In this document: positions 37,180 through 46,200 of the stretch, piece by piece | Position numbering within the stretch: the first letter of the stretch is position 1 | Layout: each line of letters opens with the position of its first letter | From: Gemmatimonadota bacterium | Lineage (GTDB): Bacteria > Gemmatimonadota > Gemmatimonadetes > Palauibacterales > Palauibacteraceae | DNA: 47,095 nt | Assembly (NCBI GenBank): GCA_039588275.1 | Contig: JBDHAC010000026.1 | Span: 1 to 47,095 of the forward strand | Reading direction: 5' to 3' | The notes under the pieces: generated by a model | The model's input: only the letters and a program-made list of their open reading frames with translations | The model's database searches: none | What the model was told of the DNA's origin: nothing | Translations under genes and position numbers: made by a program

Positions 37180-39696
37180 ATGCGAAAGCGCGCATATCTG
37201 ATTTTCGCACTGCTGCTTCTCCCAGCGTGTGACGCTCCTCGGGGGCCGGATGGGGGTGAGCAGCCGCCAGTACTGGAAGCTCCGGAGGCCGGGCTGGACG
37301 ACCCGACTGCATACGAAGGGTACGCCACCCGCTTCTTCCGAGATTCCGGCGGCAACACGTTCCAGGTCTACCTGAATCAGCGTGACGGGAGGGTCGTCCA
37401 CGTCTGGGCCGACGCCGCGAACGAAAGCGCCGCGTTCACCGTTCGCGATGCGGACGGCCGCCCGGCTCCCCTCGCGTGGGGCGGCCCCGGGGCGATCGCC
37501 GAGTCCGAAGGCCGAGGCCGCACCATGCGGCATCGACTCGCGGCCGGGGTCGGAGAGCTCGAGATCGGCTGGTTCCTGCTCGGGACGATGCGGCAGGAGC
37601 GCGACCTCCAGTACCAGGAGTGGCACAAGAGGCCTTACGGCGATCCTCCCTTCATCCTGCCCGAGCTGACCAGTCTGGTCGCCAGTCTGGAGCATCTCCC
37701 GGCCGACGAGCGCGAGCGGCACCTGGCGTTGCTGAATGCCGCCGATGCCGAGGAGCTGCGGTCCCGCGTCGAACCGCGGGTCACACTCTCCGAGGACGAG
37801 GACGCCTGGGTCGTTCTCGTCGAGCACACGAGCCTGGACGGCCGCAATCGCCTCGCGATCGAGCTCAGCGGGGACGCGGATGCCTCGAGCGCGACACTCA
37901 TGGACGACTGGATCTCGGTGCGGGCCCTCTCTGGTGAGCGGATCGAGCTCGACGTGGGCGTGGCGACGGACAGCGAGGCCCTCACGCCGCTCGGGCGAGA
38001 GCGGCTCTTCAACGCCGCCTTCGAGGACTACTACGCGCGACAGCGGAGAACGGCCGACAGCCTGACGGAGGCCCTGGGCGCCGAGGTGGCGGCCACGGAC
38101 GCCCGAGTTCTCGCCTTCCGCCGCATCGAGCGTCAGGTGCTTGGCCTCGAGCTCCTCAGCTCCGAGCAGAAGCTGATGGCGTCCATGCCGAACTACGCGA
38201 CGTACTTCGGCCGCGACCAGATGATGTCTGCGCTCATGCTCGAACCGATCTCCTCGGTAGACTTGCAGGAGCTCGTAATCGCGAGCGTGCTTCGGAAGGT
38301 CGACCCCTCGGGCAACGTGAGTCACGAGGAGGCGCTGGGAGGGCAGGCGATCCGTGAAGCGGCTGCGGAATACAACGGACATGTCCTGGCCTGGGAGGAG
38401 GGCCGGGACCGTGATCCCGAGACCGCTGCCCGGTCCCTCGCGCGCGCGCGCCAGCTCCTTGAGAACGCGCAGACCGTTCGCGAGAACTACCACATGGTGG
38501 ACGACGACTTTCAGCTCGCCGTCCTGATCGATCGTTATCTGTCGCGCTCGGACGTGTCGACGGAAAGGAAACGGCGCTTCCTCTCCGACTCCTCCGGGGG
38601 GACTGGGTCACGACTGGACGCGCTCGTGCGAAACCTCGCATTCGCGGCCGAGCTCACGCGTCCGTACGCCGAGGAGCCGGTGGCCCCGAACCTCGTGAGC
38701 TTCTTCCGCGAAGATGACGCGGGGTGGCTCCCGGGCAGCTGGCGCGACAGCCGGGCCGGCTACGGCAACGGCCGCTTCGCCATGGATGTGAACGTGGTGT
38801 GGGTTCCCAAGGCGCTCGAAGCGCTCGAAAGGATCTTGGAAGCCGTCGAGGCTGTCGGCCTTCCGGTACGGGAGGCGATAGACGGCCTCGCGTTCGACGC
38901 GCCCGCGCTCGAGGCCTACCTCGCGGACCCGGGGGCGCTGAGCGCGGCGATCGATACGTGGCGCGGGGCTCGCAGCCACTTCGAAGTTCGCTTCGACACG
39001 GAAGAAATCCAGCAGCGCGTGGAAAGCCTGCTCGAACCGCTGCCAGACGCAGAAGCGGGCTACTGGCGCGGCAGCCTGGACGAGGAGGGGTCCTCCCCGC
39101 GGTCGCTCTCTTTCCTAGCGCTCTCACTCGACGGTGAGGGCCGGCCCGTCCCCGCCGCCTCCACCGACCCTGCGACGGATCTATTCATCGAGGACTACAC
39201 CGAGGCGGTCCTGGTGGGGACGATCGATCCCGCGATGGTGCTCGAGGTGCTCGACGCCTTCGTGCGGCCGTATCCGGTGGGGCTGTTCGTCGACGGACTC
39301 GGACCCGTCGTCGCGAACGACGCGTACGCGAGCCCGGTCGTACAGGGGCGCTTTCGCGATGACCTGTACCATTCGCCACGCGTGGTCTGGGGGCGTGAGG
39401 TGAACCTGCTGCTCCTCGGCCTCGCGCGGCAGATCGACGCCGCCTACGACGAGTCCGGACAACTGCGCGACGACAGCGAAGGCTTCCGCGCGTACGTGGA
39501 GGCGCTCCGGCACGTGCTCGAGATCACGCAGCAGGCGGTCGATGCCTCGGGCCTCAGCCACAACGAGCTGTGGGGCTACCGGATCGAGGATGGCGCGCTG
39601 CGCCCCGTCCGCTACGGCGCCAGCTCCGACATCCAGCTCTGGAACGTGACCGACCTCGCCGTCGGCTTCCTCCTGGACCGATTGCCACGTCCGTGA
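37180..39696 (+). CDS. Uncharacterised lipoprotein, putative (alpha/alpha)6 glycosidase (debranching-enzyme-like motifs)
   Basis: Lipobox LLPAC. TYFGRDQMMSAL, SHEEALG, YHMVDDDF and GSWRDS..GYGNGRFAMDVN resemble six-hairpin glycosidase motifs. The family assignment is inference. Confidence 0.6.
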   Translation: MRKRAYLIFALLLLPACDAPRGPDGGEQPPVLEAPEAGLDDPTAYEGYATRFFRDSGGNTFQVYLNQRDGRVVHVWADAANESAAFTVRDADGRPAPLAWGGPGAIAESEGRGRTMRHRLAAGVGELEIGWFLLGTMRQERDLQYQEWHKRPYGDPPFILPELTSLVASLEHLPADERERHLALLNAADAEELRSRVEPRVTLSEDEDAWVVLVEHTSLDGRNRLAIELSGDADASSATLMDDWISVRALSGERIELDVGVATDSEALTPLGRERLFNAAFEDYYARQRRTADSLTEALGAEVAATDARVLAFRRIERQVLGLELLSSEQKLMASMPNYATYFGRDQMMSALMLEPISSVDLQELVIASVLRKVDPSGNVSHEEALGGQAIREAAAEYNGHVLAWEEGRDRDPETAARSLARARQLLENAQTVRENYHMVDDDFQLAVLIDRYLSRSDVSTERKRRFLSDSSGGTGSRLDALVRNLAFAAELTRPYAEEPVAPNLVSFFREDDAGWLPGSWRDSRAGYGNGRFAMDVNVVWVPKALEALERILEAVEAVGLPVREAIDGLAFDAPALEAYLADPGALSAAIDTWRGARSHFEVRFDTEEIQQRVESLLEPLPDAEAGYWRGSLDEEGSSPRSLSFLALSLDGEGRPVPAASTDPATDLFIEDYTEAVLVGTIDPAMVLEVLDAFVRPYPVGLFVDGLGPVVANDAYASPVVQGRFRDDLYHSPRVVWGREVNLLLLGLARQIDAAYDESGQLRDDSEGFRAYVEALRHVLEITQQAVDASGLSHNELWGYRIEDGALRPVRYGASSDIQLWNVTDLAVGFLLDRLPRP

Positions 39697-42269
39697 AGCG
39701 CTGGCTCGTCGTCGCGGCCGTCGCGGTGCTCGGGTGCGGGCAGGGCGTGCCGCCCGCACCGATCCCGCCCGCTGCGCGCCCTATCCAGCTGCGCCTTGAC
39801 CACCTGCGTCATCTGGGCTTCGACGTGACCGTGGCCGGCCGCCCCGCCCGTGCGGTCGCGCTATACGCGGAAGCACCCGACTACCGTCCCGTCGGGTCTC
39901 CGGCCCGCGATGGATTCGAGGGGCTCGCGGCCGTGGACGACGCGGCGCGCGCCGCCGTCGTCTACCTGCGCGATTTCGAACGGACCGCGCACTCCGCCTC
40001 CAGACAGGAGGCTCTGGGCCTCCTCGGGTTCGTGACCGCGATGGAGCAGGGGGACGGCGAGTTCCTGAACTTCGTGCACGAGGATGGGACGCCGAACCGG
40101 GCGGCGCCGACCAGCCGAAAGTCGTTCTCCTACTGGGCGGCGCGCGCGCTGTGGGCGATGGGGGAGGCTGTCAGGGTCCTCGAGCCCGACGACCCGGACG
40201 TCGAGGCGCTCAGCCCGACGCTCGAGCGCACGCTCGCCCGACTCGCACGTGAGGTGGAGGCCGGTCGCCTCGTGGGTGGCTCGACGACCGCGACTGCCGA
40301 GGCCCTCCTCGGGCTCCTGGCCCTACAACAGGTCGAGCCGACGCCCGAGCGCGCCGATCTCGCGGGCCGGACCGCCGAATTGCTCCTGCCCCTGGCCCGA
40401 GGAGGTGCCGATACGGCTCCCTGGAGCGCCCACATCGATCCGGCGGAGGGACTATGGCACGCGTGGGGCGCGCGGTCGGTGCAGGCCCTCGCGCAGGCGG
40501 GGCATGACCTCGGCCGGCCCGACCTCGTCGCCGCCGCACAGCGCGAAGCCGATGCACTCTGGGTGCGGTTCCTCCTGGCGGGGCAGGTCCCCGCTACGGT
40601 CTCGCCGGACGGTGCCGTGGAGCCCTTCCCCCAGATCGCCTACGGCCTATCGCCCGTCGTCGAGGGCTATCTGGCTCTGGCGGAGGCCACGGGAGAACGT
40701 CGCTACGCCATCCTGGCCGGCCTGACAGCGGGCTGGTTCCTGGGTGCGAACCGGCCACAGGTCGCCATGTACGACGGCGCGAGTGGGCGGACGTTCGACG
40801 GATTGCGCGGTCCCTCGCCCGAAGAGGTGAACCGGAACTCGGGTGCCGAATCGACCATCGAGGCTCTGCTTGCGCTCGGTGCCGTAGGCGGGCATCCGGA
40901 GGCCGCCTTCTACCTGGCGTTCCGTCCGGTCGGCCCCGTCGGTGCATCGCCGGCCGAGGCGCCGGCGGAGCGGGAATTCGTCGGCCCCGACGGCGCCAGC
41001 GTCACGGTCGCGCGGCAGGGCGCGGCGTTCGCCGTCGAGGAGCGAGCCGGCGAGGAACCGATCGAGCTGACGTACTGGCCGGCCGCCAATCCTTTCGAGG
41101 TCGATCTCGCGCGCCGATTGGCCGACGCGTGGAACGCGCGCCACCCCGACGTGCAGGTGCGGGTGCAGCCCATCCCCGCGGGACGCTCGTCCGAGGAAGT
41201 CTTGCTGGCGGCCGTCGTCGGGAGCGCGACCCCGGACATCTGCTCCAACGTGTCCTCGGGGCTCCTGGCGCGGCTCGTGAGGGCGGATGCGGTCGTGCGC
41301 CTGGACGAATTGGCCACCACCGCGGCTCGTCTCGGCGAGCGCGCGCGGGAACCGATGCTCGCGCCGCTCAGGCTTCCAGACGGTGGGATCTACGCCGTCC
41401 CGTGGAAGACCAACCCCATGATGCTCATGTACAACGTCGATCAGCTCGCCGAGGCCAGAGTGGCGCCGCCCCGCACGTACAGCGAGCTGATCCGCGCGCT
41501 CCGTCGGCTGGTGGGCGACACGGATGACGATGGGCGGCTGGACCGCTGGGGGTTCTGGGCGAGGCTCAAGACCACATGGCATGAGCGCTTCTACGACTTC
41601 TACCCCCTCTATCTGGCCGCGTCGGGGGGCCGCACGCTGGTCTCGCGAGGCGAGGTGGCCTTCGAGAACGAGGCGGCGGTCGCGGCCCTCGAGGTGCTGC
41701 GGCAGGCTTTCGATGAGGACCTACTGCCGCGCTCCAACTTCGAGGGGCGCGACCCGTTCATGGACGGGACCGTCGCGATGAAGGTGGTGGGTCCGTGGTT
41801 CCTCAAGGAGCTGGAGGAGCTGATGGTCCCGGGGCTCCGATACGACGTGACGCCCGTGCCCGTGCCGGATGGCCAGGATCCGGAAGCGGCCTACGCGTTT
41901 GCCGACCTGAAGAGCATCGCGATCTTCTCGACGAGTCGGCATCCGGTGGAAGCCGCCCGGTTCGTGGCCTTTCTCACGTCGCCGGAGGCGGACAGGCTGA
42001 TGATCGAGGAGGCCGCGCAGCTCCCGTATCGCCGCGCGCTGGCATCGGATAGACGCTTCGCCGCCCCGCTCACGCGCTGGCCCACGCTGGAAGCCTACGC
42101 GGCGCATGCCGACCGGAGCCGCGATATCGACATCGACCCTGACGTCGTCGAGATCTTCGACATCCTGTCCGAGGCCTACGAGGCGGCGGCGATCTACGGT
42201 ACGAAGTCACCGGAGGAAGCGGTGCGGGATGCCGCGAGCGAAGTCCGGGAGATGCTGCGTGCGCGCTGA
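39693..42269 (+). CDS. Lipoprotein fusion: N-terminal helical enzyme-like domain plus C-terminal sugar ABC solute-binding protein
   Basis: GTG 39693 overlaps the upstream TGA; lipobox VLGC. N domain: VDDAARA, WAARALWA, WFLGAN, FDGL...VNRNSGAESTIEALLAL. C domain from ~41060: ELTYW, DGGIYAVPWKTNPMMLMYN, GPW, AARFVAFLTS. Confidence 0.8.
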   Translation: MKRWLVVAAVAVLGCGQGVPPAPIPPAARPIQLRLDHLRHLGFDVTVAGRPARAVALYAEAPDYRPVGSPARDGFEGLAAVDDAARAAVVYLRDFERTAHSASRQEALGLLGFVTAMEQGDGEFLNFVHEDGTPNRAAPTSRKSFSYWAARALWAMGEAVRVLEPDDPDVEALSPTLERTLARLAREVEAGRLVGGSTTATAEALLGLLALQQVEPTPERADLAGRTAELLLPLARGGADTAPWSAHIDPAEGLWHAWGARSVQALAQAGHDLGRPDLVAAAQREADALWVRFLLAGQVPATVSPDGAVEPFPQIAYGLSPVVEGYLALAEATGERRYAILAGLTAGWFLGANRPQVAMYDGASGRTFDGLRGPSPEEVNRNSGAESTIEALLALGAVGGHPEAAFYLAFRPVGPVGASPAEAPAEREFVGPDGASVTVARQGAAFAVEERAGEEPIELTYWPAANPFEVDLARRLADAWNARHPDVQVRVQPIPAGRSSEEVLLAAVVGSATPDICSNVSSGLLARLVRADAVVRLDELATTAARLGERAREPMLAPLRLPDGGIYAVPWKTNPMMLMYNVDQLAEARVAPPRTYSELIRALRRLVGDTDDDGRLDRWGFWARLKTTWHERFYDFYPLYLAASGGRTLVSRGEVAFENEAAVAALEVLRQAFDEDLLPRSNFEGRDPFMDGTVAMKVVGPWFLKELEELMVPGLRYDVTPVPVPDGQDPEAAYAFADLKSIAIFSTSRHPVEAARFVAFLTSPEADRLMIEEAAQLPYRRALASDRRFAAPLTRWPTLEAYAAHADRSRDIDIDPDVVEIFDILSEAYEAAAIYGTKSPEEAVRDAASEVREMLRAR

Positions 42270-42286
42270 CGGCGGGAGGGTGCCGC

Positions 42287-43150
42287 ATGCGCGCTGAGGC
42301 CCGCTCCGGTCTACTTCTGTCGACGCCGTACGCGGCGTTCCTGCTCCTGTTCGCGCTCTTCCCAATCGGCTTTTCTATCGTCCTGGTGACGCTGGAATGG
42401 GACCTCGTCACCGCCCCGAGCTTCGCGGGCCTCGACAACGTACAGTACCTGGTCGGCGATACCCGCTTCTGGCAAGCCGTCGTCAACACGCTCGTGTTCC
42501 TGGCGATCCATCTGCCGCTACAGATCGTCGTCGCGCTGGCCCTGGCCTGGGTCCTCAACCGGCCGCTGTTCTTCCGCTCCTTCTGGCGAGCCGCCTTCTT
42601 TCTCCCGGTGGTCATCTCGGGTGCCGCGGTGACCATCCTGTGGAGCGCGCTGTACGCTACGGACGTGGGGCTCATCAACGGACTGCTCGCCCGGCTGGGT
42701 CTCGGCCCGGTCCCGTGGCTGACGGACCCGGCGATAGCGATGCCGTCGATCGCGGTCATGGCCACCTGGAAGAACGTGGGCTTCTACATCGTCATCTACC
42801 TCGCAGGCCTGCAGAGCATCCCGCGCAGCTGCCACGAGGCCATCGAGCTGGAGGGCGCGACGGCCTGGGAGACCTTCAGGCACGTCACGCTCCCGCTGCT
42901 CAAGCCCCAGACCCTGCTAGTCGTGACGCTGTCGACGATCGGCGGCTTCCAGCTGTTCATCGAGCCCTACATCCTGACCGGGGGAGGGCCGCTGCGGCGG
43001 ACGCTGTCCATGGTTCTCTACATGTACCGGAATGCCTTCTCGTACCAGAAGATGGGTTACGCGGCCACTCTCGGGCTGGCGCTGGCCCTGATCATCGCGG
43101 TGGTCCTGGTGCTCCAACGCCGGGTCATCGGGCGCGCGGAGGAGGCATGA
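42287..43150 (+). CDS. Carbohydrate ABC transporter permease (MalF/UgpA type)
   Basis: FAGLDN, FFLPVVIS, WKNVGFY.VIYLAGLQSIP, EAA-like EAIELEGA and TGGGP. Confidence 0.92.
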   Translation: MRAEARSGLLLSTPYAAFLLLFALFPIGFSIVLVTLEWDLVTAPSFAGLDNVQYLVGDTRFWQAVVNTLVFLAIHLPLQIVVALALAWVLNRPLFFRSFWRAAFFLPVVISGAAVTILWSALYATDVGLINGLLARLGLGPVPWLTDPAIAMPSIAVMATWKNVGFYIVIYLAGLQSIPRSCHEAIELEGATAWETFRHVTLPLLKPQTLLVVTLSTIGGFQLFIEPYILTGGGPLRRTLSMVLYMYRNAFSYQKMGYAATLGLALALIIAVVLVLQRRVIGRAEEA

Positions 43151-43959
43151 AACGCGCGGCCTTCTACTTTCTCCTGGCTCTGGCAGCCGCCACCTTCCTC
43201 TACCCGTTCTTGTGGATGGCCGCCACCAGCCTCAAGCCTCCAGGCGAGGTGGGAGGGCTTTCGCTGATCCCCGACCAGCCGACGCTCGAGAACTACCGAT
43301 TGATGTGGGCGCGCGCCCCGTTCGGGCGCGCGCTGTTCAACAGCCTGTTCGTGGCGACGACCATCACCTTCTCGGTGCTCGTGTTCGGATCGGCGGCGGC
43401 CTACGCCCTGGCACGGCTCAGCTTCCCCGGACGCCGCGCCCTGAACATCCTGACCGTGGCGGTCCTGCTGGTGCCCGCGCAGCTGACGCTGATCCCGATG
43501 TACACCCTGATCGTGCAGCTCGGGTGGGTCGACAGCTACGCGGCGCTGATCGTCCCATTCGCCTTCAACGCGACCGCGATCCTCATCCTGCGCCAGTTCT
43601 TCCTGCAGGTGCCCCGCTCGCTCATGGATGCGGCACGGCTGGACGGGATGGGGGAATTGCGCATCCTGTATACCGTGTTTTGGCCCCTGGCCAAGGCGCC
43701 GCTGGCGACGGTCGGGATCCTCACCTTCATGGGAGCCTGGAACGAGGTGCTGTGGCCCTTGCTGGTCGTGCGAGACGAGCAGCTGATGACGTTGCCGCAG
43801 CTCCTGACGGTCTTCTCTCTGGGCGGCGGTGCGGGACCACGTGCGCTCGCGACCAAGCTCGCGGCGACGATGGTGATGGTGGTGCCGGTCGTGGCCGCTT
43901 ACGCGTTCCTGCAGCGCTACTTCATCGAGAGCATGGCGAGCACGGGGACCAAGGGGTAA
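43147..43959 (+). CDS. Carbohydrate ABC transporter permease (MalG/UgpE type)
   Basis: ATGA overlap with the previous gene. YPFLWM..TSLK, AAYALARL.FPGR, LRQFF..VP..LMDAARLDG, WNEVLWPL and LQRYF. Confidence 0.92.
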   Translation: MKRAAFYFLLALAAATFLYPFLWMAATSLKPPGEVGGLSLIPDQPTLENYRLMWARAPFGRALFNSLFVATTITFSVLVFGSAAAYALARLSFPGRRALNILTVAVLLVPAQLTLIPMYTLIVQLGWVDSYAALIVPFAFNATAILILRQFFLQVPRSLMDAARLDGMGELRILYTVFWPLAKAPLATVGILTFMGAWNEVLWPLLVVRDEQLMTLPQLLTVFSLGGGAGPRALATKLAATMVMVVPVVAAYAFLQRYFIESMASTGTKG

Positions 43960-43961
43960 AC

Positions 43962-45122
43962 GTGGCCAGCGTAACCTTCGAGCACGTTCGGAAGGACTTC
44001 GGGACCACAACCGTGGTCCACGACTTCGACCTCCAGGTGGCCGATGGCGAGCTGGTGGTCCTGGTGGGTGGGTCGGGGTGCGGCAAGTCCACGATTCTCC
44101 GGATGCTCGCCGGGCTCGAGAGCGTCACGCGCGGGACGGTCCGCATCGGCGAGCGGGACGTCACGCAGCTACCGCCCCGCGAGCGCGATGTGGCCATGGT
44201 CTTCCAGGATTACGCGCTCTACCCGCACCTCACCGCGCGCGAGAACATCTCGCTCGGGCTGCGCCTGCGGAAGCTCGCGAAAGCCGAGATCGAGCGGCGC
44301 GTGAGCTGGGCGGGCGAGATCCTCGAGCTCGAGCCGCTGCTCGATCGCAAGCCGAAGCAGATGTCCGGCGGCCAGAGGCAGCGCGTCGCGATGGGGCGGG
44401 CGATGGTCCGGGAGCCCGCCGTCTTCCTGTTCGACGAGCCCCTATCCAACCTGGACGCGCACCTGCGCGGGCAGATGCGTCACGAGATCGCCCGCATGCA
44501 GCGACGCGTGGGGACCACGACCCTGTACGTGACCCACGATCAGGTGGAGGCCATGACGCTGGCCGATCGCCTGGTGGTGCTGGAGGGCGGACGCGTCCAA
44601 CAAGTGGGTTGCCCGGTCGACGTCTATCGAGCGCCGGCAAACCGCTTCGTGGCCGGCTTCATCGGCACCCCGCCGATGAACTTCCTGGATGGACGGCTGG
44701 AGCGCGAGCGTGATTCCATGGTCTTCGTCTCCGACGTCCTGAGGATTCCCCTGCCTCCCGAGCTGCGCCCCGATCCCACGCCGGACTCGGACACCGCCGT
44801 CACGCTCGGCGTTCGCCCCGAGGATTTGGCTCTGGCACGTGGGCCAAGCACGGCCGACGATCCGGGACCAGGCAGCGTGCGCGGACAGCTTGTCCTGACC
44901 GAGGTCCTGGGCGCCCATACGCACCTGCACGTCGAGGTGGGAGACCGGCGACTGATCGCGGCGGTCTCCAGCGGGTCGCTGCCGGGGCCGGGTCAGGAGG
45001 TGGTGTTGTCGATGGACCCTCGTCGGCTCCACCTGTTCGCTGCCGACGGCTCACCGCTGCGGCCGGGCAGCCACGAACAGAACACCGACGCCCAGGAGCT
45101 CGGACCGGAATTCGAACCCTGA
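43962..45122 (+). CDS. Sugar ABC transporter ATP-binding protein (MalK/UgpC type)
   Basis: GTG 43962. Walker A GGSGCGKS, VFQDYALYPH, signature MSGGQRQRVA, FDEPLSNLD, YVTHDQVEA and a C-terminal TOBE-like region. Confidence 0.93.
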   Translation: MASVTFEHVRKDFGTTTVVHDFDLQVADGELVVLVGGSGCGKSTILRMLAGLESVTRGTVRIGERDVTQLPPRERDVAMVFQDYALYPHLTARENISLGLRLRKLAKAEIERRVSWAGEILELEPLLDRKPKQMSGGQRQRVAMGRAMVREPAVFLFDEPLSNLDAHLRGQMRHEIARMQRRVGTTTLYVTHDQVEAMTLADRLVVLEGGRVQQVGCPVDVYRAPANRFVAGFIGTPPMNFLDGRLERERDSMVFVSDVLRIPLPPELRPDPTPDSDTAVTLGVRPEDLALARGPSTADDPGPGSVRGQLVLTEVLGAHTHLHVEVGDRRLIAAVSSGSLPGPGQEVVLSMDPRRLHLFAADGSPLRPGSHEQNTDAQELGPEFEP

Positions 45123-45143
45123 CCGCCACGAGGAACGGGGAAT

Positions 45144-46091
45144 ATGCATACGCCGACGGAGTTGCTCACCCGCCATCCGACCAACCCCATCATCACCGCG
45201 GCCGATCTCCCGTACTCCGCCAATACCGCCTTCAATCCGGGGGCGACGACCCACGACGGCGAGACCATCCTCCTCATGCGCGTGGAAGACCGGCGTGGGC
45301 TTTCCCATCTCACCGTGGCGCGGAGCCACACCGGCACCACGGGATGGCGAATCGATGAAGCCCCGACCCTCATGGCGGAACCCGACCTGTATCCCGAGGA
45401 GATCTGGGGAATAGAGGATCCACGGGTCACCTACCTCGAGGAGGAGCAGCGATGGGTCGTGGCCTACACGGCCTATTCCAGGGCCGGCCCCCTGGTATCG
45501 TTGGCCGCGACCGAGGATTTCGAGACGTTCGAGCGTATCGGTCCAATCCTGCCCCCCGAGAACAAGGACGCCGCGCTCTTCCCGGTACGATTCGATGGAC
45601 GCTGGGCGCTGATCCACCGTCCCGTGTGCGGGTCCTTCGGCGCTCATATGTGGATCTCCTACTCGCCGGACCTGAAGCACTGGGGTGAGCACGAAGTCCT
45701 CCTCGAAGCCCGCGACGGAGGCTGGTGGGATGCCGGGAAGATCGGCCTCTCTTCGCCACCACTCCGGACGGACCTGGGCTGGCTCCTCCTGTACCACGGC
45801 GTCCGGGTCACGGCGTCGGGATCCATCTATCGCGTCGGTCTGACCCTCCTCGATCTGGACGATCCGCGCCGGGTCCTGAAGCGTTCAAGCGAGTGGCTCC
45901 TCGCTCCCAGCGAGCCGTACGAGCGCTGCGGCGACGTAGGGAACGTCGTCTTCCCGTGCGGTTGGACGCTTGTGGATGACGAGATACGCATCTACTACGG
46001 GGCGGCAGATACGAGCATCGCGCTGGCCACCGGCCGGCTGTCGGAGCTGCTCGACTGGCTCGAAGAGCACGATTCGGGTGAAACCGACTAG
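45144..46091 (+). CDS. GH130 family beta-mannoside phosphorylase/glycosidase (cytoplasmic)
   Basis: FNPGA, RVEDRRGLSHL, GIEDPRV, NKDAALFP, IHRP, KIG, LYHGV, GNVVFPCG and IYYGAAD. No signal peptide. Confidence 0.9.
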   Translation: MHTPTELLTRHPTNPIITAADLPYSANTAFNPGATTHDGETILLMRVEDRRGLSHLTVARSHTGTTGWRIDEAPTLMAEPDLYPEEIWGIEDPRVTYLEEEQRWVVAYTAYSRAGPLVSLAATEDFETFERIGPILPPENKDAALFPVRFDGRWALIHRPVCGSFGAHMWISYSPDLKHWGEHEVLLEARDGGWWDAGKIGLSSPPLRTDLGWLLLYHGVRVTASGSIYRVGLTLLDLDDPRRVLKRSSEWLLAPSEPYERCGDVGNVVFPCGWTLVDDEIRIYYGAADTSIALATGRLSELLDWLEEHDSGETD

Positions 46092-46200
46092 GTGAGCGGG
46101 TGCCCCTGCTCGGCGCCCTTGCTCATCCGCGGATCGACGCGCAGGGTGTCCCGACCCGTAACCGCGCGTCCGCTCGTGTAATCGACCTCCAGAGGTAGGC

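Noticed and set aside
42397..43961. N-terminal extensions of ORFs 42397-43959 and 43212-45122
   Set aside because: They are off-frame overlaps with the permeases. Family homology starts at 43147 and 43962.
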